64,000 nucleotides of DNA from Glaucostegus cemiculus. Its lineage: Eukaryota. Of the stretch, positions 1-13,055 are shown piece by piece. A program made the position numbers and the translations under genes. The notes beneath the pieces are model-generated. The model saw nothing but the letters and a program-made list of their open reading frames with translations. It was not told the origin of the DNA and ran no database searches. Numbering within the stretch: position 1 is the first letter of the stretch; each line of letters begins with the position of its first letter. The DNA lies in contig CDPCPM010000231.1 of the NCBI GenBank assembly GCA_976551045.1, positions 3,100,001-3,164,000 on the forward strand, written 5' to 3'.

Positions 1-159
1 GAGTTGGCAAAACCACTTTCTATTATTTTTGATTCTTGCTTTCTCATGGTTCATTCTTCTTCTCCTCATTATTTATTTTGGATCGGTAACCACAAAAGAA
101 CCCAAGTATAACAAAGCAAGCTCTTTTTGGCAAAGTAGTTATGATTTAGTATGCACAGC

Positions 160-332
160 CCAAAAAAGGTGGTGGAATAGAAATTTTCAAGAGGATATTG
201 ATTCCATGCTTGAAGAGGGAAACGTGAATGAACATAGGGTAAGAGCAAGAGATTGAGACAAAGTAGGTGGCTCTTACAAAGAGCTGGCACATGCACAATG
301 GGTGAATAGCCTCCTTTTGTGTTCTATGACTT
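160..332 (+). mobile_element. Degraded CR1 LINE 3' end
   Basis: Resembles the CR1 ORF2 terminus and 3'UTR (...aagagctggcacatgcacaatgggtgaatagcctccttttgtgttctatgac), as in better-preserved copies at 45235-45525 and 47110-47485. Confidence 0.55.
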
Positions 333-819
333 CAGTCTAGCTCCACGTTAATTAAAACTAAATTGGAAAGAGAGAATGGAATTCTTTCATTGGAAGTAAT
401 AAAAATACATAAAATGTGATGTTTTACTTTAATGCTTCACCTAATTGAAATCTAGTCTTCCACTCAATTTTCAAGAATGATTTAAAAGCAGTATACAGCC
501 AAGGGTTTGCCAGGTTCAATACTTTACACATCTTATACAGCTTCTGACATTAAACTTGGCATATTAAATTCTTTTGTTTTTCTCCTCTGCCAATTATCAA
601 ATTGCTATGCTCAGTTATTACCAGAATTGAACAGGGGAAGATAGTGGATGGTGAGGTCTACAATTTTCCACAAGTATCAGTGCATTAAATATAATTAACA
701 AAATCATGTAAATTGTCCAGGACTATTTTAGAGTAATAACATGATTGGACATACAGTATCCAGACTGGAAATGACAGTGGGAAATAGCCAAGTAAAAGCT
801 TTTCACAGCACAGTTCATC

Positions 820-1712
820 AGAATCAGAATCAGTTTTATTGTCACAACCATATACATACATAGTATGCATAGGAGTGAGATACCGTCCTCCTCAGGTGCT
901 CGTCCCATAAAATAACATAACAACCAACAGAGACACACATGCACACTCAACAGAATAAACATTAAAAAAAAACATTAAACATTAAAAGCTACGGAAGTTA
1001 AAGTTAAATTAGTACGCAGATTAAATTAAAAATGGCCGGTAAATAAATAAATAGTTATTAAAGTGAACGGGCTGGTGTCGGCATTTAAAGTGCTGGTGCA
1101 TTTCTGTGCACCTAGCATCTCTTAGTGTTAACAAAGGAAGATGGAGGGATGAGAGAGCTTGCAGTTCTGATGGCTTGCGGGAAGAAGCTATTGTTCAGCC
1201 TGGTCGTTCTTGCCCTGATACATTTAAGCCTCCTCCCTGATGGCAAAATTGTGAAGAGGTGGTGGGAGGGGTGAGAAGGGTCAGCCATTATGCTTTTGGT
1301 CTTCCTCACACAACGGTCTTTGTATATGTCTGCGAGGGATGGAAGCGAGACACCTATGATCCACTCCGCAGCCCTAACTATCTTCTGGAGGGACTTCCGC
1401 CCAGCAGCTGAGCAGCTTCCAAACCAAACGGTGATACAATGAGTTAGGATGCTCTCAATGGTCCCCCTATAGAAGGTTATCATGACGGAGGGATGGGGGT
1501 ACGCTTTCCTCAGTCTCCGCAGGAAGTAGAGGCATTTCTGAGCTTTCTTCATGAGGGCTGTAATGTTAGTGGACCAGGTCAGGTCGTCGGTGATGTGCAC
1601 CCCCAGGAACTTGGTGCTGCGTACTTGTTCCACAGCAGACCTGTTGATGGTCAGCGGGGCGTGCACATGGTGACCCCTCCTAAAATCCACTATCATCTCC
1701 TTGGTTTTATTA
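820..1712 (-). mobile_element. 5'-truncated Rex1/Babar-type non-LTR retrotransposon, young, with 8-bp TSD
   Basis: Uninterrupted ORF (NKTKE)MIVDFRR...KFLGVHITDDLTWS.N...KKAQKCLYFLRRLRK...FYRGTIESILT...PSHP...LPSGRR...RTTRLNNSFFPQAIR. The minus-strand 3' end has AATAAA plus an (ATTCTG)n tail. Flanked by AGTTCATC at 812-819 and 1713-1720. Confidence 0.9.
1112..1696 (-). pseudogene. C-terminal fragment of retrotransposon reverse-transcriptase polyprotein (post-RT, DUF1891-like region)
   Basis: 194-aa ORF with the motifs above. The frame is cut at the insertion boundary, so the listed Met is internal. Confidence 0.85.
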
Positions 1713-1729
1713 AGTTCATCTTGGATTTC

Positions 1730-2290
1730 TATGCATGCCAGGTGAAAAGCAGAATTCCAAGGTTAGCTGGAGGTCAGATGCCATTGCACCTGACCTCCCA
1801 CCCCACGGCCAGACTCATTCAACTCAGTGGCAGAGCGTTTAAGTGCTGAGGTGAGGAAATCGATATACTTTGTATCTGACACCCTTCAGCTGTTAAGTCA
1901 GAGCTGGCTGGCTCACATTTATTTGAGTGAGATCGTCGATCCAGTGGAAAATAAATAAATGCAGGTAAATATTTGTGTTACTTATTTTAATGTTGTTAAG
2001 TTATTTCAGTGTGTTTTAATTTATTTTATTATTTATTTACTTTAACTTGTACAGGGCTCCTTGATGCTACATGCTGCCTTGTTATAAGTAATCAATCTCA
2101 CCTCTTCAGTTCATGACTAAGCATTTAATGAGGTCTGTTGTCGAGATGGCCAGGTGGTGTTCAGACCGAGGCCTACTGGTGACTTGCAGCCCATTCCACT
2201 TCGTGGGGCCACTTCTGTCTGGAGCATCAACTCATTCAGCACTCTGCATCTTGAAATATTGAGACAAGATGGGTAGGCCAGACCTAATAC
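1730..2290. mobile_element. Possible old non-autonomous DNA-transposon (Harbinger/MITE-like) relic
   Basis: GC-richer arms around an AT-rich strand-biased core (1950-2050). Same layout as 24100-24490 and 42120-42720. No clear TIRs. Confidence 0.3.
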
Positions 2291-2794
2291 GATCCTGCCC
2301 TCAGTAATATGGTCAACAGAAAATAGCAAAATTCAACTTTGTTCAGAATATTTAAAAAGTATAATGAACATGGTACTGCTGTAAACTACATTTAATTGGT
2401 TTCATTTTTATTGAGATTTTTGTTTAAAGGTGATTTTATATCTAATACTTAACATTAGTTCTATGTGATTTTGAGTAATGTTCTACAATATCACATGATT
2501 AATAGTTTAATCTTTTAAAAGGCTACAAGTAATTACTTAATTTGATGCATTACCTGATTTGATCACTCTAAGTACTGGAAGAATTAACCTCATGGATTGC
2601 TTAATACTGTAAGTTACAATAATTATAATGGCATTGAAATAGGTTTGGCCGATTATAAGAATGCTATTGCCCAACACATTATCTTGCATTTTATCAGACT
2701 TTTTGATTAATAAAATTGCACCAATCAAAAAAAATCACCATGTTTGAATGTTAATTTTTTTTTTGAATAGGAACATTTTTAATCTCATTAAGTA

Positions 2795-4305
2795 ATGTCG
2801 ATATCTCTGATCAGATCACCATTTATTGGCCACCCTTATTTGGTTTTGAGAACATAAAGCTGAGCTGCCTTCTTAAACTGCTGGAGCCCAGTGGTGAGGC
2901 TGTTCTTGGTAGAGTGTCCCGAGATTTTCATCCAGTACCAATGAAAGAACAGCAACATATTTCCACATCAGGATGGGTTATGATTTGGAACATGCAGCTG
3001 GCAGTGCACATTGTACTACATCCTTCAAAGGTAGTAGCAATTGGGAGTCTTGGGTGTAATTTAGTGAAAAAAACCTTTGGCAAACCACAGTGCACTAGTC
3101 ATAGAAAGAGTGAATTATTATGGGATGGCAATTGACTGGGCTGCTTTGTTCTGGGATCAAGTTTTTTTCCAAGATTGTTGATGCTACACTCAAATAGGTA
3201 GGTATTCCCTCACATTCCCGACATCTTTATAGTTGGGAAACATTTCTGAGGAGTCAAGCAGTTAGTTATTTTTGCTTCAGAATACCCAACCTCTGACATA
3301 CCCTTCTTACCATTGTATTTGTGTCCAGTCCAGCTAAGATTCCAGTCAATTGTGACCGTAAGAAATGTTGTGGAGTGGATTTAGAAATACTGACGCTAGT
3401 GAATGCCAAGTGAAGGCGGTTCCACTCTCCCTTACTGGGGATAGACTTTGCACAGTACTTGTGCGGCATAAAGTAAACTTGCCACTTATTGACCTAGCAT
3501 GAACCTCATCCAGGCCTTGGATCATAGGGACAGGACTATGAGAAGTTGTGCATGGAATGGAACATATTTCAATCATCTTAAATATCACCATGCTTGACAC
3601 TGATGTCACACATGGTAAAAATGTTGTCCCGATGTCACGCGCAATCAATCTCCCTCCTTTAGTCTACATTTGGATCCAAGTTTTAATCATGTCCATCGAT
3701 ATCCTGGGCGGTATCCAGGCTGAGCTATCATGTTATTGCTGAACCAGTTCAGCTTAACAATACTGTTGATGGCACTTTTCATCACTCTTATAATGACTGA
3801 GGGGAGGCTAGTGGGTCAGATTAGATTTTTAGTAGACAGGACATACCCAGGCAACATCCTGGAGTTCTGTTGTACTGAAACAGCTTGGTAGTCAATTCTG
3901 AAGCACATCAAATAACACAGTAAAGATGCTGTCAAGGCCCATAGCCTTCATTGTCCATTCTGTAGTTGGCTTTTGAAATCACAGAGAGTGAATCAAACTG
4001 GCTGAAGATGAGCTTCAGTGATGTTTGGAAACTGGGGAAGAGGCTCAAATGGGTTATATACACGGCATTTCCTGTGAGGACTGTTGCAAGTGCTTTAGTC
4101 TAATTGTTCTCACCCTATCATTATGGCTGGGGATGTTTATGAAGTCTCTTGCTTCTATTATATTTGTAAACGTTCACCACCATTCACAACTAGATGTGGC
4201 AGCATGCAGAGCTTAAATCTGGTCCGCTGTTGTGGGATGATAGGCTCTGTATGCAGCCTGTCACTTCTGTTGCTCAGCTTTGTCAGGGTGGCATCTTGCT
4301 TTTAA
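2795..4305 (-). mobile_element. Degraded CR1/L2-clade LINE, 3' ~1.5 kb (RT C-terminal region and tail)
   Basis: Frameshifted minus-strand remnants (FMPHK.C..SI.SK...L.F; CQRLGILK in ORF 3266..3469). 3' tail with AATAAA near 2820-2845. Confidence 0.75.
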
Positions 4306-5324
4306 GTAAGCTTAATGGTTTACCTGGCCACGAAGTAGATGGCCCCCTGGTAGCTCCAAATCCCAAGTACTTTTTCAGATTTATTTCTGAAAGATTCCAT
4401 GATCAAATGTTCTGGCTCATGGTTCATAAATCTTAAATATGAACCACTTCAACATGACACTGAATTTCTCATTTTGTTTTAAACTTGCTACCATGCTTTT
4501 ATTTGGCTCTACGTGTTAAATCACTTGGACCAAAAACTAATCAAACCACAGAAGAGGTCCGAACATATGCATTCATTCATTAATTGGTAATGCATTAGTT
4601 TCTTAGGCTGAAAGTAAGTGTTGTGTTTGGCTCTGGTTGACACTATAGGTTCCTGCTTTACTTACACTTATGGCCTCTGAATGGCCTTGTACAAAACAGC
4701 ACATAACTTGAGATAATCTCAGTGAAAGAACCATCCAGAAAAACTGATTTGACAGTACCATGTTTATTTTAGGTTGGAAAAGACTGAACATCTGAAAAAA
4801 AAGTGTTGCTTATATGTAAATGTACCACAATTTTGGAAAAGAATGATTAGCATTACAGCACATCCTGGGGTACTGCAGGGCTCATCTTATGTATTAACTA
4901 AAAGTTATTTCAGTTTTCAACAGCTATCCTAAAGAGAAATCTTAGCTATCTTAAAATTATGTTTTTTGCAAAGCAGGAACCAAGTTTTTAAAATACAAAT
5001 TTAATATCATGTATCACTCAGAGTGTATTGAATGATAACAAAATTGCATCAGAAATTTTATGGATGTTCAGAAAGTTCTTATAAAACAAACACTTAATGC
5101 TGCAATCTGTAATCCCATTTATTTTCTCTGGTTATTGAGGTAAAAGCTTGCCCTACATCTTACTAAGTGATGATTTTTACTGTATTGAGTTTTCATTAGA
5201 AATTAGCGCTTGCCAAAATATTTCGAAGGGGTACTATAATATACCATGATTAGTATTAGCTGGTTGCTGTTGACTGGATTCTAATGCAATATACTTATAT
5301 TCTGCACTTAACCTAAAAACATTA

Positions 5325-5420
5325 TCCTTGTTTCTCCCTCTGCAGAGATTCCCTGACTTTTAGGTATTTTAGCATTTTCCACTTTATTTCAAGTTTTCAG
5401 TATATGTGGTATTTTGCTGT
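5325..5420 (+). mobile_element. Penelope-like element terminal (pLTR) fragment, older family
   Basis: Degenerate match to acagatgctgcctgacctgctgagtatttccagcattttctgtttttatttcagatttccagcatctgcag, best seen here at 44095-44180. Confidence 0.55.
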
Positions 5421-6774
5421 TGTATTTACACAGCACTAAATGAAATGAGAGATTCTTAAGTAATAAATTCTGCAATGTGTAGGTCAAACTCTTAAATCTT
5501 TTAAGAAATCTGAAAAAAATCCTCTCTTATCTTTCAAGATTTTCATATTCAAAAGACAAACTGTTACAATGATATATTTTCCTTCCTTCACTAATTATTA
5601 ACTTTGGTAAGTCAAACCACACATCTACTATAAGCCGAATGATGGAGCAGCTAAGTCACCTCTGATGCATTTATTGACAGGTTTTATCTTCCCTAAAACA
5701 CCTAGTTTCTTGAAACTGGTGCCAGTCAGCATGTGATACACACAGTGAGCTCACATTCTCATCTGCAATGTACTAGGTTTAGAAAATAAATTTCTACAAG
5801 TCAAGATGAAAGTTTGAGGCAGTTACATATCACAATCTTACCTCTGCACAAGGCCACGACGGTTTTATACCATATGACAAAATAAATGATACCTGAGTTT
5901 GAGCTTTGGGGTGATTTTAAATTCTACATTGATAATTAGTCTTACTTGCACCCAAAGTGTTTTCCGTCAATCAGTAAAGCAGACAAAGTGGTGTCTGTTT
6001 TGAACGCGATCATTCCCAACCCACTGTGGTTCACAGCCTGAGTCACTGCCTATTCAAGACGCCAGCTTGTTATTCGGCTGTCATTGTTACTCAAAAACTG
6101 CAAGGGTGTGTAGAACTTGTATCCAAGTGTAACTCACCCACATCTTTTCTCTATCTCTATGGGGAATCGCCAGCCCTCTATTTACATTTGTCCTCCCACT
6201 GGCATGGTCAGGGTGGTGAACAAGATAGGAAAATTACAAGTATGAAGCTGCTTCTGACAACATAAAAATGGCTTTTGCAAATTAAATCTTCAGAATATAG
6301 CCAAGTGGTTTTGAATTTCTTTCCAACTGATTCAAACATAATTAACAAGAATACTTAGTACCAAGAGATGAAGAATACAAGTGAAATAAACAAGATCACT
6401 ATGAAAAAGCACCAATGGTGTAATACTCAGTACTTCCCCACTGTCCCGATGAAGCTGAATACTTATAAATTATATACTTCCATGCATTATCAAAGTTCAT
6501 TCAGTTGAAAGCTCTATATATTATGAGGAAAAACAGATTTCAGAATACTTAGAATGGTGTTAACTCAGGGGGTATACCATAAATGGAGCTTAATTGTTGT
6601 TCATTTTTATTTAATTTAAAAGCTAAATACATCAGTTAAGGTAGATCAATGCTAGACAATGAGCTAATTGCAATAAAAGCTCCCTTAATTTTATAAAGTA
6701 GTAAATTATTTAAACATTAATTGCTTAAAATAAGAGAATGGAAATGTTAAAACTTTATTTTTTAAGAAACTTTA

Positions 6775-7009
6775 TTTATTCAGCACAGTAACAGGCCCTT
6801 CCGGCCCAATGAGCCTGCACTGCCCAATTACACCCACGTTAACCTACTAACCCGTATGTCTTTGCAATGTGGCAGGAAACCGGAGCACCTGGAGGAAACA
6901 CTTGCAGTCATGGGGAGAGTGTACAAACTCCTTACAGACAGCAGCAGGAATTGAACCCTGATCGCTGGCGCTGTAATAGTGTTATGATAACTGCTTCACT
7001 ACCATGCTG
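6775..7009 (-). mobile_element. tRNA-derived V-SINE (HE1-like)
   Basis: V-domain on the reverse strand (tgtggcaggaaaccggagcacctggaggaaac...acaaactccttacagacagc), B-box complement ggaattgaaccc, and CR1-like tail caggcccttccggccca. Confidence 0.85.
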
Positions 7010-8224
7010 AAGATCAAATTTCTGCTTTAAAAAGGTGAAAGATTAAAGATCACCACAATCCAAATCAATGAGCTACAAAAGAATTATATCATTGATCAAA
7101 AGGTTTGACATCTGTTTTAAGGCTATCTGAATAATCCCAAAGCATATGTTGACAACACAATGGCAAACCAATGCAATGTTTATAGTTTTTTATTTAAACT
7201 ACAATTCGATATATCTCAAAATATGAATACATAGTGGACCAAAATATCAAACAATGTCTGTTTCCCTTGAACAACTTTAAAGAGATCCAAGCATAGTTAA
7301 CAAATGCTCATAAATGATTTCCCTTCCACGTACACTGAATTTTGTGAGAGCATACTGTTGTAGCATTCATTAAAAAAAGGAAGACCATATAAAAGAAACA
7401 GAAGAATGTGAAAAGTATACTTAGTTGATTTTATGTTTCTGCAGTTTGAGCATAGGATCTGCACCAGTAATTTTCTCTTCATTAAGATTAGAATCCACAT
7501 AGATTCCTTCTGCCTGCTAATCTAAGGCTGTTTCAGTGTTTCATTTGTTTTAATTGTGTTTCAGCTGTTGACACAGCAGAGGAAAGCCCAAATGACACCT
7601 GCTATGACTGCAACCACAATCCATTCTCTCTCCTTTTGCCCAACATCCATTGTTGAAGCTGGCCAATTCATCCTTCTCTTCTATCTCTCTTCTGTTGACA
7701 GATCAGGAGGGTTCCAATTGCTTGGTTCTACTCCTGCTGATACAACTCCAGAGTCAGCATTTCAGACCTGCAACTTAGCTTCAGAATGCCCAAGGATCTT
7801 TGGCCTCGTGACTCACTTGCATCTTGCACAAGAGACAAAAGAACCCCTGCTCTACCTCCCCACCATCTCTCTCAACAATACCGATCTCGTCCAACAACAT
7901 GTCATGGTAGCCAAATCATGACGGACCACGGTTTTGTTGTTTGAAAAGAAAATAACTGTTGGCACTATACAGTGCTTTTCACAACTTCAGTAAACACTAA
8001 TATGCATTTCAGCCAATAAACTATTGTTCAAATAAAAATCACCATTGCAATACAAGGATAGTGGCAATCAACTCAAACAGTGAAGTCCAGGAACAGAAAT
8101 CCACCACAGAGCCATCGTTTACACCACACTGAACTAGATTTGCCTAGCATAATGTACAATTCCATCTCTTGCATGCCCAAAGCAGGAAAAATATTCCTTT
8201 ACTGCACTGATTCTTTTCACACCA

Positions 8225-8700
8225 GAATCATAGAAAATGTATGACCTGGGTGAAAAAAAGCTAATCCCAGGTCCACAGCCCTGTAGGTAATGTCCCTTCA
8301 AGTGTAAAATCAAGTACTTTTTAAAAAAAAACAATGGATTCAGCCTCCACTACCCATTCAGGCAAAGAGTGCCAGAGCTTTGCCACCTTCTGAACGCAAA
8401 CAATTCTCCTTTTAGCACTTCTAATCCTTCTACCAATTATTTAAATTAACCCTATTTGGTTTTTAACCTTTTACCAAGGAAAACAATCCTTCCTATTTAT
8501 CGAGGTATCTGGTAACTTCACATGCCAATGTTAAATTCTATAATCACATCCTCTGAACTAATTACGATATTAGCTCATCTATGCTCACTGATGTCTATTG
8601 CTATGTGTTACAGGTTTCCTGACTTATGTGCCAATACTTTTAATTCTCATACAAGTATTAGGTGTGGCCTATCTATCATTCTATGTTGGTTGGAACATGC
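8225..8700 (-). mobile_element. Highly degraded CR1 LINE 3' fragment
   Basis: cagcctccactacccattcaggcaaagagtgccaga...caccttctgaacgcaaa is the reverse complement of the 'F.QRVV..WN.LP..VVEA' coding motif. Confidence 0.6.
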
Positions 8701-10125
8701 CTGGAAGCTAAAGAATTGCTTTCATTATAATAGACTTGTACTTTCTCACAAGCCTGTTTAATAGATTGTAATTCCTAAGATTCAACTTACAATTTTTCAT
8801 AATTTGTAGTTACATCAGCTGCTTTCCTGTTCTCTCATGTCATGCCTGTATCCAATGAGCTTTGCAAAATTTCTGAGTGCATTCCCATCTTCATTCATTT
8901 TAATGCTCTCTGATGGATTTTATTTGGGGTTGAAGCTTTATTAACCTCTAAGCATTCCAGTTTAATGTCCAATTAATTGCTTTTCATTAATGTCTTCATA
9001 AACTCTGATCCTTGTCCCACCATTTTAGCAGCATGTTGGGAAATGGACTTTGCAGAGGCAAATAAACAGCTGTAAAAATCATTTTTAAAGTCTGCCTTAT
9101 TAATGGCTTATTTCACTATTAAAGGTACTCATTTGTTATTTAACTTTATTGATCCAAACAAGTAGTTTCCTTTCTTCTGTATAAGTTGCAACCTACTTAA
9201 TCAATCATTTCCCCTTTCATTTAGAAATGTAATTTTAGCATCTTAACTTGTTATATCATTTTCTGTGATTTTCTTCTTCTCTGAAAAATCATTACAGGCA
9301 TGTCACTATTCCACTGTGTTGCGCCCAACTCAAAGTTCTAATGACTTCTTGATATTATTGTTCTTCATTCACTAATACAATATTATGTTGACACATAATA
9401 TTATGTTTCACTAAGGTTTCCGTGTGCAGAATTTAGCAGCATCACAAAATTCAGAGCCATTAAGTGGGCTGCTGAACCATGGCAACCAAAATTATAGAAA
9501 CTTAGTTTCCCAAAATCAAGTAAAATTTGAACTTGTTGAGTAATACTTGTTGGGTAAACTATTTCTGGAGTTATTCACAGATTATCTGTAAAACATCTGA
9601 GAGTTCTGGCTAAAATGAAACACTGATTAATGATTTTCATCCCACTGATTAGGTAGTCCCCCTGGTAACAATGATCTAAAAGGGATAATCGTTTTTCAAA
9701 CTAGGGATTCTACTAGGTTATCTGGGCATGGGAGGAAGAACCTGACAGTAAGCTTATGAACAAGTCTCAAATATGTGTTCTCTCTATCAATGGGGAGTTT
9801 GGCACTTCTTTCAACTTCCTGAAACTATTCTCTAACTCTGCTTTTTCCAGGTTTTTGGTATCTCCTGCAAATAATCTGATGTTATGGATTATATAGACAA
9901 GCTGTACACGATGGCCAAAAAGATTTCACAAAAATATTTTGAATAATTTCATTTGCTTTTATTATTGGTAGATTTTTTTTCTGAGTAGTGTCAGCAGTTT
10001 TTAATACACAATCAGAAATTGTTCATTGGGATACTGTAAACTTCATCCGTATTTAATCAATACACAATTTACTTTCTCACTGTTTTATAAATATTGGCCT
10101 AGATCTTCCAATTAAAACATGATAG

Positions 10126-10960
10126 TGTTACAAAACCAGCAACAAAAGAAGCACACCAAGTCGTACTTCAGTGTTAAAGCTATTTTATTAATAACTATAT
10201 CCGATAATACGTAAAATAAGAATAAAAAGTTAGTATATTAGTACACAATAAAATGTTAGAATCTTAACCCCAAAACTATAACCTCAAAACTACTCGTCGT
10301 GTGTGTGCGTCAAGTTCCTAAACTCCAAGTCCAGGAATTAGTTCTTAAAGTTCAGTTCAATAAGCCGTAAGATGACACGAATAAAGGCTTCTTCACAAGC
10401 ACTGTCCACCGAAGACAAAATATAGATATAGAGAGAGATTAGAGAGGAATCACGAAATCCAAATGTTCCACTCGGAACTCAAACGACACTTCAGGGCTTA
10501 CTCAGTAGTGACTTTCTCACCCTGAAAACTCCTTGTATGTTGACTGTCCATGCAAATACCTGTTTTCTTCTACAGGTTAGCAGCAAAGTGAATTCCGTCA
10601 CTTTGTTCCACAGTATCTGCCACTTGGAAGAGCATCCAAAATGTGGTTGTTCACGCAAACACCTGTGTCCTTCTACAGGTTACCGACAAAGTGAACTCCA
10701 CTGGACTACTCCAGAAATCCATCCACGGATTTTAGTGACAAACACAGTTACTGTCCTTCATCCAACGACAGAAACAAAACAAGCTGCCGTCTCTCCTTCT
10801 TCTCTCTTTCCATCTGTCTGTCTGTCTCTCTCTCTCATCTTTTTCTTTCTTGCAGTGACCTCATCACGTTAGTCCCATCTTCTGCTGACGCAACACGTTG
10901 CACACACACACAATGTCCCATCTTAAAGGGATATTTGCCTAAGTAAGCTACTTCGTAACA
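10126..10960 (-). mobile_element. Solo LTR (Ty3/Gypsy-like), 835 bp
   Basis: Termini TGTTAC...GTAACA (6-bp inverted repeat, TG..CA). Perfect 4-bp TSD ATAG at 10122-10125 and 10961-10964. Minus-strand AATAAA near 10183. CpG retained relative to flanks. Confidence 0.88.
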
Positions 10961-10964
10961 ATAG

Positions 10965-11550
10965 ACACATCTTCCCCTATCCTCGCCTTTCAGCATTCTG
11001 AAGGGACCATTCCTTCAATGATGCTCTGCTGCACTATTACATCTCCACAAACACACACTCCCTCCTCTCAAGAAACTTTTCCATGCAACTGCAGGAGAGG
11101 AAATACTTTCTATTTTAAACCATCCCTTCCCACAATCCAGGGACCCAACCAGCAGTTCATGAATATCCCTTACAATTTATTACATTTGATTCTCATGATG
11201 CAGTCTCCTTTACATTGGAGAAACCAAAAACGGGTGTCTGCTTTGAAGAACATCTCCATTCAGCCTACAAGGGGGACACTGAGTGTCCTGTTGCCTGTCA
11301 CTTTAGTTCTCCATCCCATTTTCACTCCAACATCTTATGTCTTTGGCATCTTACAATGAAACCTAACTGAAGCTTGATGAACAGCACCTAATCTTATGAC
11401 ATGGCATATTATGTCCCTTCGCAATTAAAACTGAATTCAACTACATTAGATAACAAACCTTTCCAGTTTGCCTTAGAACCAGCCACTTCTGTTATTCCCA
11501 TTACAAATGCCACCTGACTTGCTGAGTATTCCTAACATCCTCTGTCTCTT
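10965..11550 (+). mobile_element. Degraded Penelope-like retroelement, GIY-YIG endonuclease region and terminal repeat
   Basis: Frameshifted remnants CSLLYIGETK (tgcagtctcctttacattggagaaacc), FEEHLHS, PVACHFSSPSH and KLDEQHLIL, followed by gccacctgacttgctgagtattcc. Confidence 0.8.
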
Positions 11551-11914
11551 ACCCTTCCAAGTAAAGCCGGTAATTCTGTGCTCAATAGTCAGCTTTTGCT
11601 TATGTAATAGGATGGACGTTCAGGAACCCAGCAGGGTCAAGGTCCAGAACATCTGCTCAACTGATCACTGATTTTAGTGGTTCTGGCTGCTTCCTCTCAA
11701 TTATGATTAGATAGTATTTTCTTCTGTTTCTTTGTTCCATGAAAGGTATCTCCATTTTATGTGGAGTAACCTTCACGACCCTATCATGGTGCAACTTTTC
11801 CAGTTCCATCAGCTCTATGATGCAACTTCCATGCATGGGTGTGAATGCTCACTGGCCTACTACAATGAAACATACGTACTTGCTTCAGGAGGACTTCACA
11901 TGGATGGCAACTTG

Positions 11915-12225
11915 GCACAACAGCTCTGGCGACCAGGGTTTGATCCTGACCTTGAGTGCTCTCTGTGCAGAGTTTGAGCATTCTCACTGAGATCGTGCAG
12001 GTTTCCTCCAGTTGCCTCCCAGATCCCAAAGATATGCTGATAGATCAACTGACCACTGTAAGTTGTCCGTGTAGGAGCTTGGCAGGAGAATCAGGGAAGT
12101 AGATGGGCAAGTAAGAGAGAGTACATTACAGGAAAGTAAATTGAGGAATGTGACTGATAGGTATGCTCAGAGCTGGCATAGACAATGGGCAGAATGGCCT
12201 CCATCTATGTCATAAGAGAAACATG
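11915..12225 (+). mobile_element. V-SINE (HE1-like), diverged
   Basis: B-box-like gggtttgatcc, V-domain gagtttgagcattctc...ggtttcctcc...cccaaaga, and CR1-like tail tgggcagaatggcctcc. Confidence 0.8.
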
Positions 12226-13002
12226 AAACATATGGAAAATATGAAGCTCCATTAAAAACAAAATCAAAGGATTCTCCCTAATTCTGACTGAGTATGAACA
12301 ACTGGTAATGATCAACTGCTTGATTGTAAGGTGGGCTGTAATATTTTTTCAATGCACCTGATGCATTCTCTAGGGTATATTTGAGGGTTTTAGGTTTGAT
12401 GCAGCTCTTTCTCTCTGTAACCACAGAGATACATTGACATCTTTCCCAATACAGAGTGTGAGCTCTGGCATGGGCATTGGTTAAACTGCACTTTTCCAGT
12501 AGTTTACAACATCATGAACATTAGCCTTTTATGCAGTGGTTTCAGTGACTGACGCTGAAGAGGGGAAAAACACAACAGGGATTGTGGGATGTTCCTCTAA
12601 GGAATGCATAATTTCCATATCCTTGGAAAACAAATCACAAACTTTACAGCTAGGTCAATTCTTCTTTCCACAGTACAGCATGCAGTGTGCAAATAACAAA
12701 GTAGGAATCACAAAGTAGGAATAAAATAGGAATCAGAGCTTCCTGCCATTCATTTTTCTTCATTTAAAAAGCATTCATTTTTTAAGAAAAACAAAGTGTA
12801 GTTTTATAGGCACTGAATAATGTGAGATAACTCATCCAAGTGTCCTTATCATTTTTATGAATCTTCTGAGTTACTATCAGTTTATTACATTGCAGAAGGT
12901 ATCAGAGTTGACCAAATCATGACCTCATCTGTTATCCACATGTACAGGTTTTTTTTAAAGTAAGAGTCCCAGGATAGGGTATTCATGCCTAATTTACCAT
13001 CT

Positions 13003-13055
13003 TTAACCCATAGTTAATTAGTATAGTCAATTAACCCGTAGTTAATTGGTATAGT
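13003..13055. repeat. Local tandem duplication, 25-bp unit, period 28, 2 mismatches
   Basis: ttaacccatagttaattagtatagt (13003-13027) and ttaacccgtagttaattggtatagt (13031-13055). Confidence 0.85.

Noticed and set aside
1493-1849. 118-aa plus-strand ORF
   Set aside because: Antisense shadow of the Rex/Babar RT frame running into flanking DNA
5842-5892. Possible minus-strand exon ending in AG|GTAAGA
   Set aside because: The acceptor lacks a polypyrimidine tract and the peptide (IIYFVIWYKTVVALCR) is unrecognised
6940-7009. tRNA gene
   Set aside because: The B-box-like sequence belongs to the SINE head; no complete cloverleaf
7556-7921. 121-aa ORF
   Set aside because: No recognisable domain and no convincing splice sites; probably decayed repeat or chance
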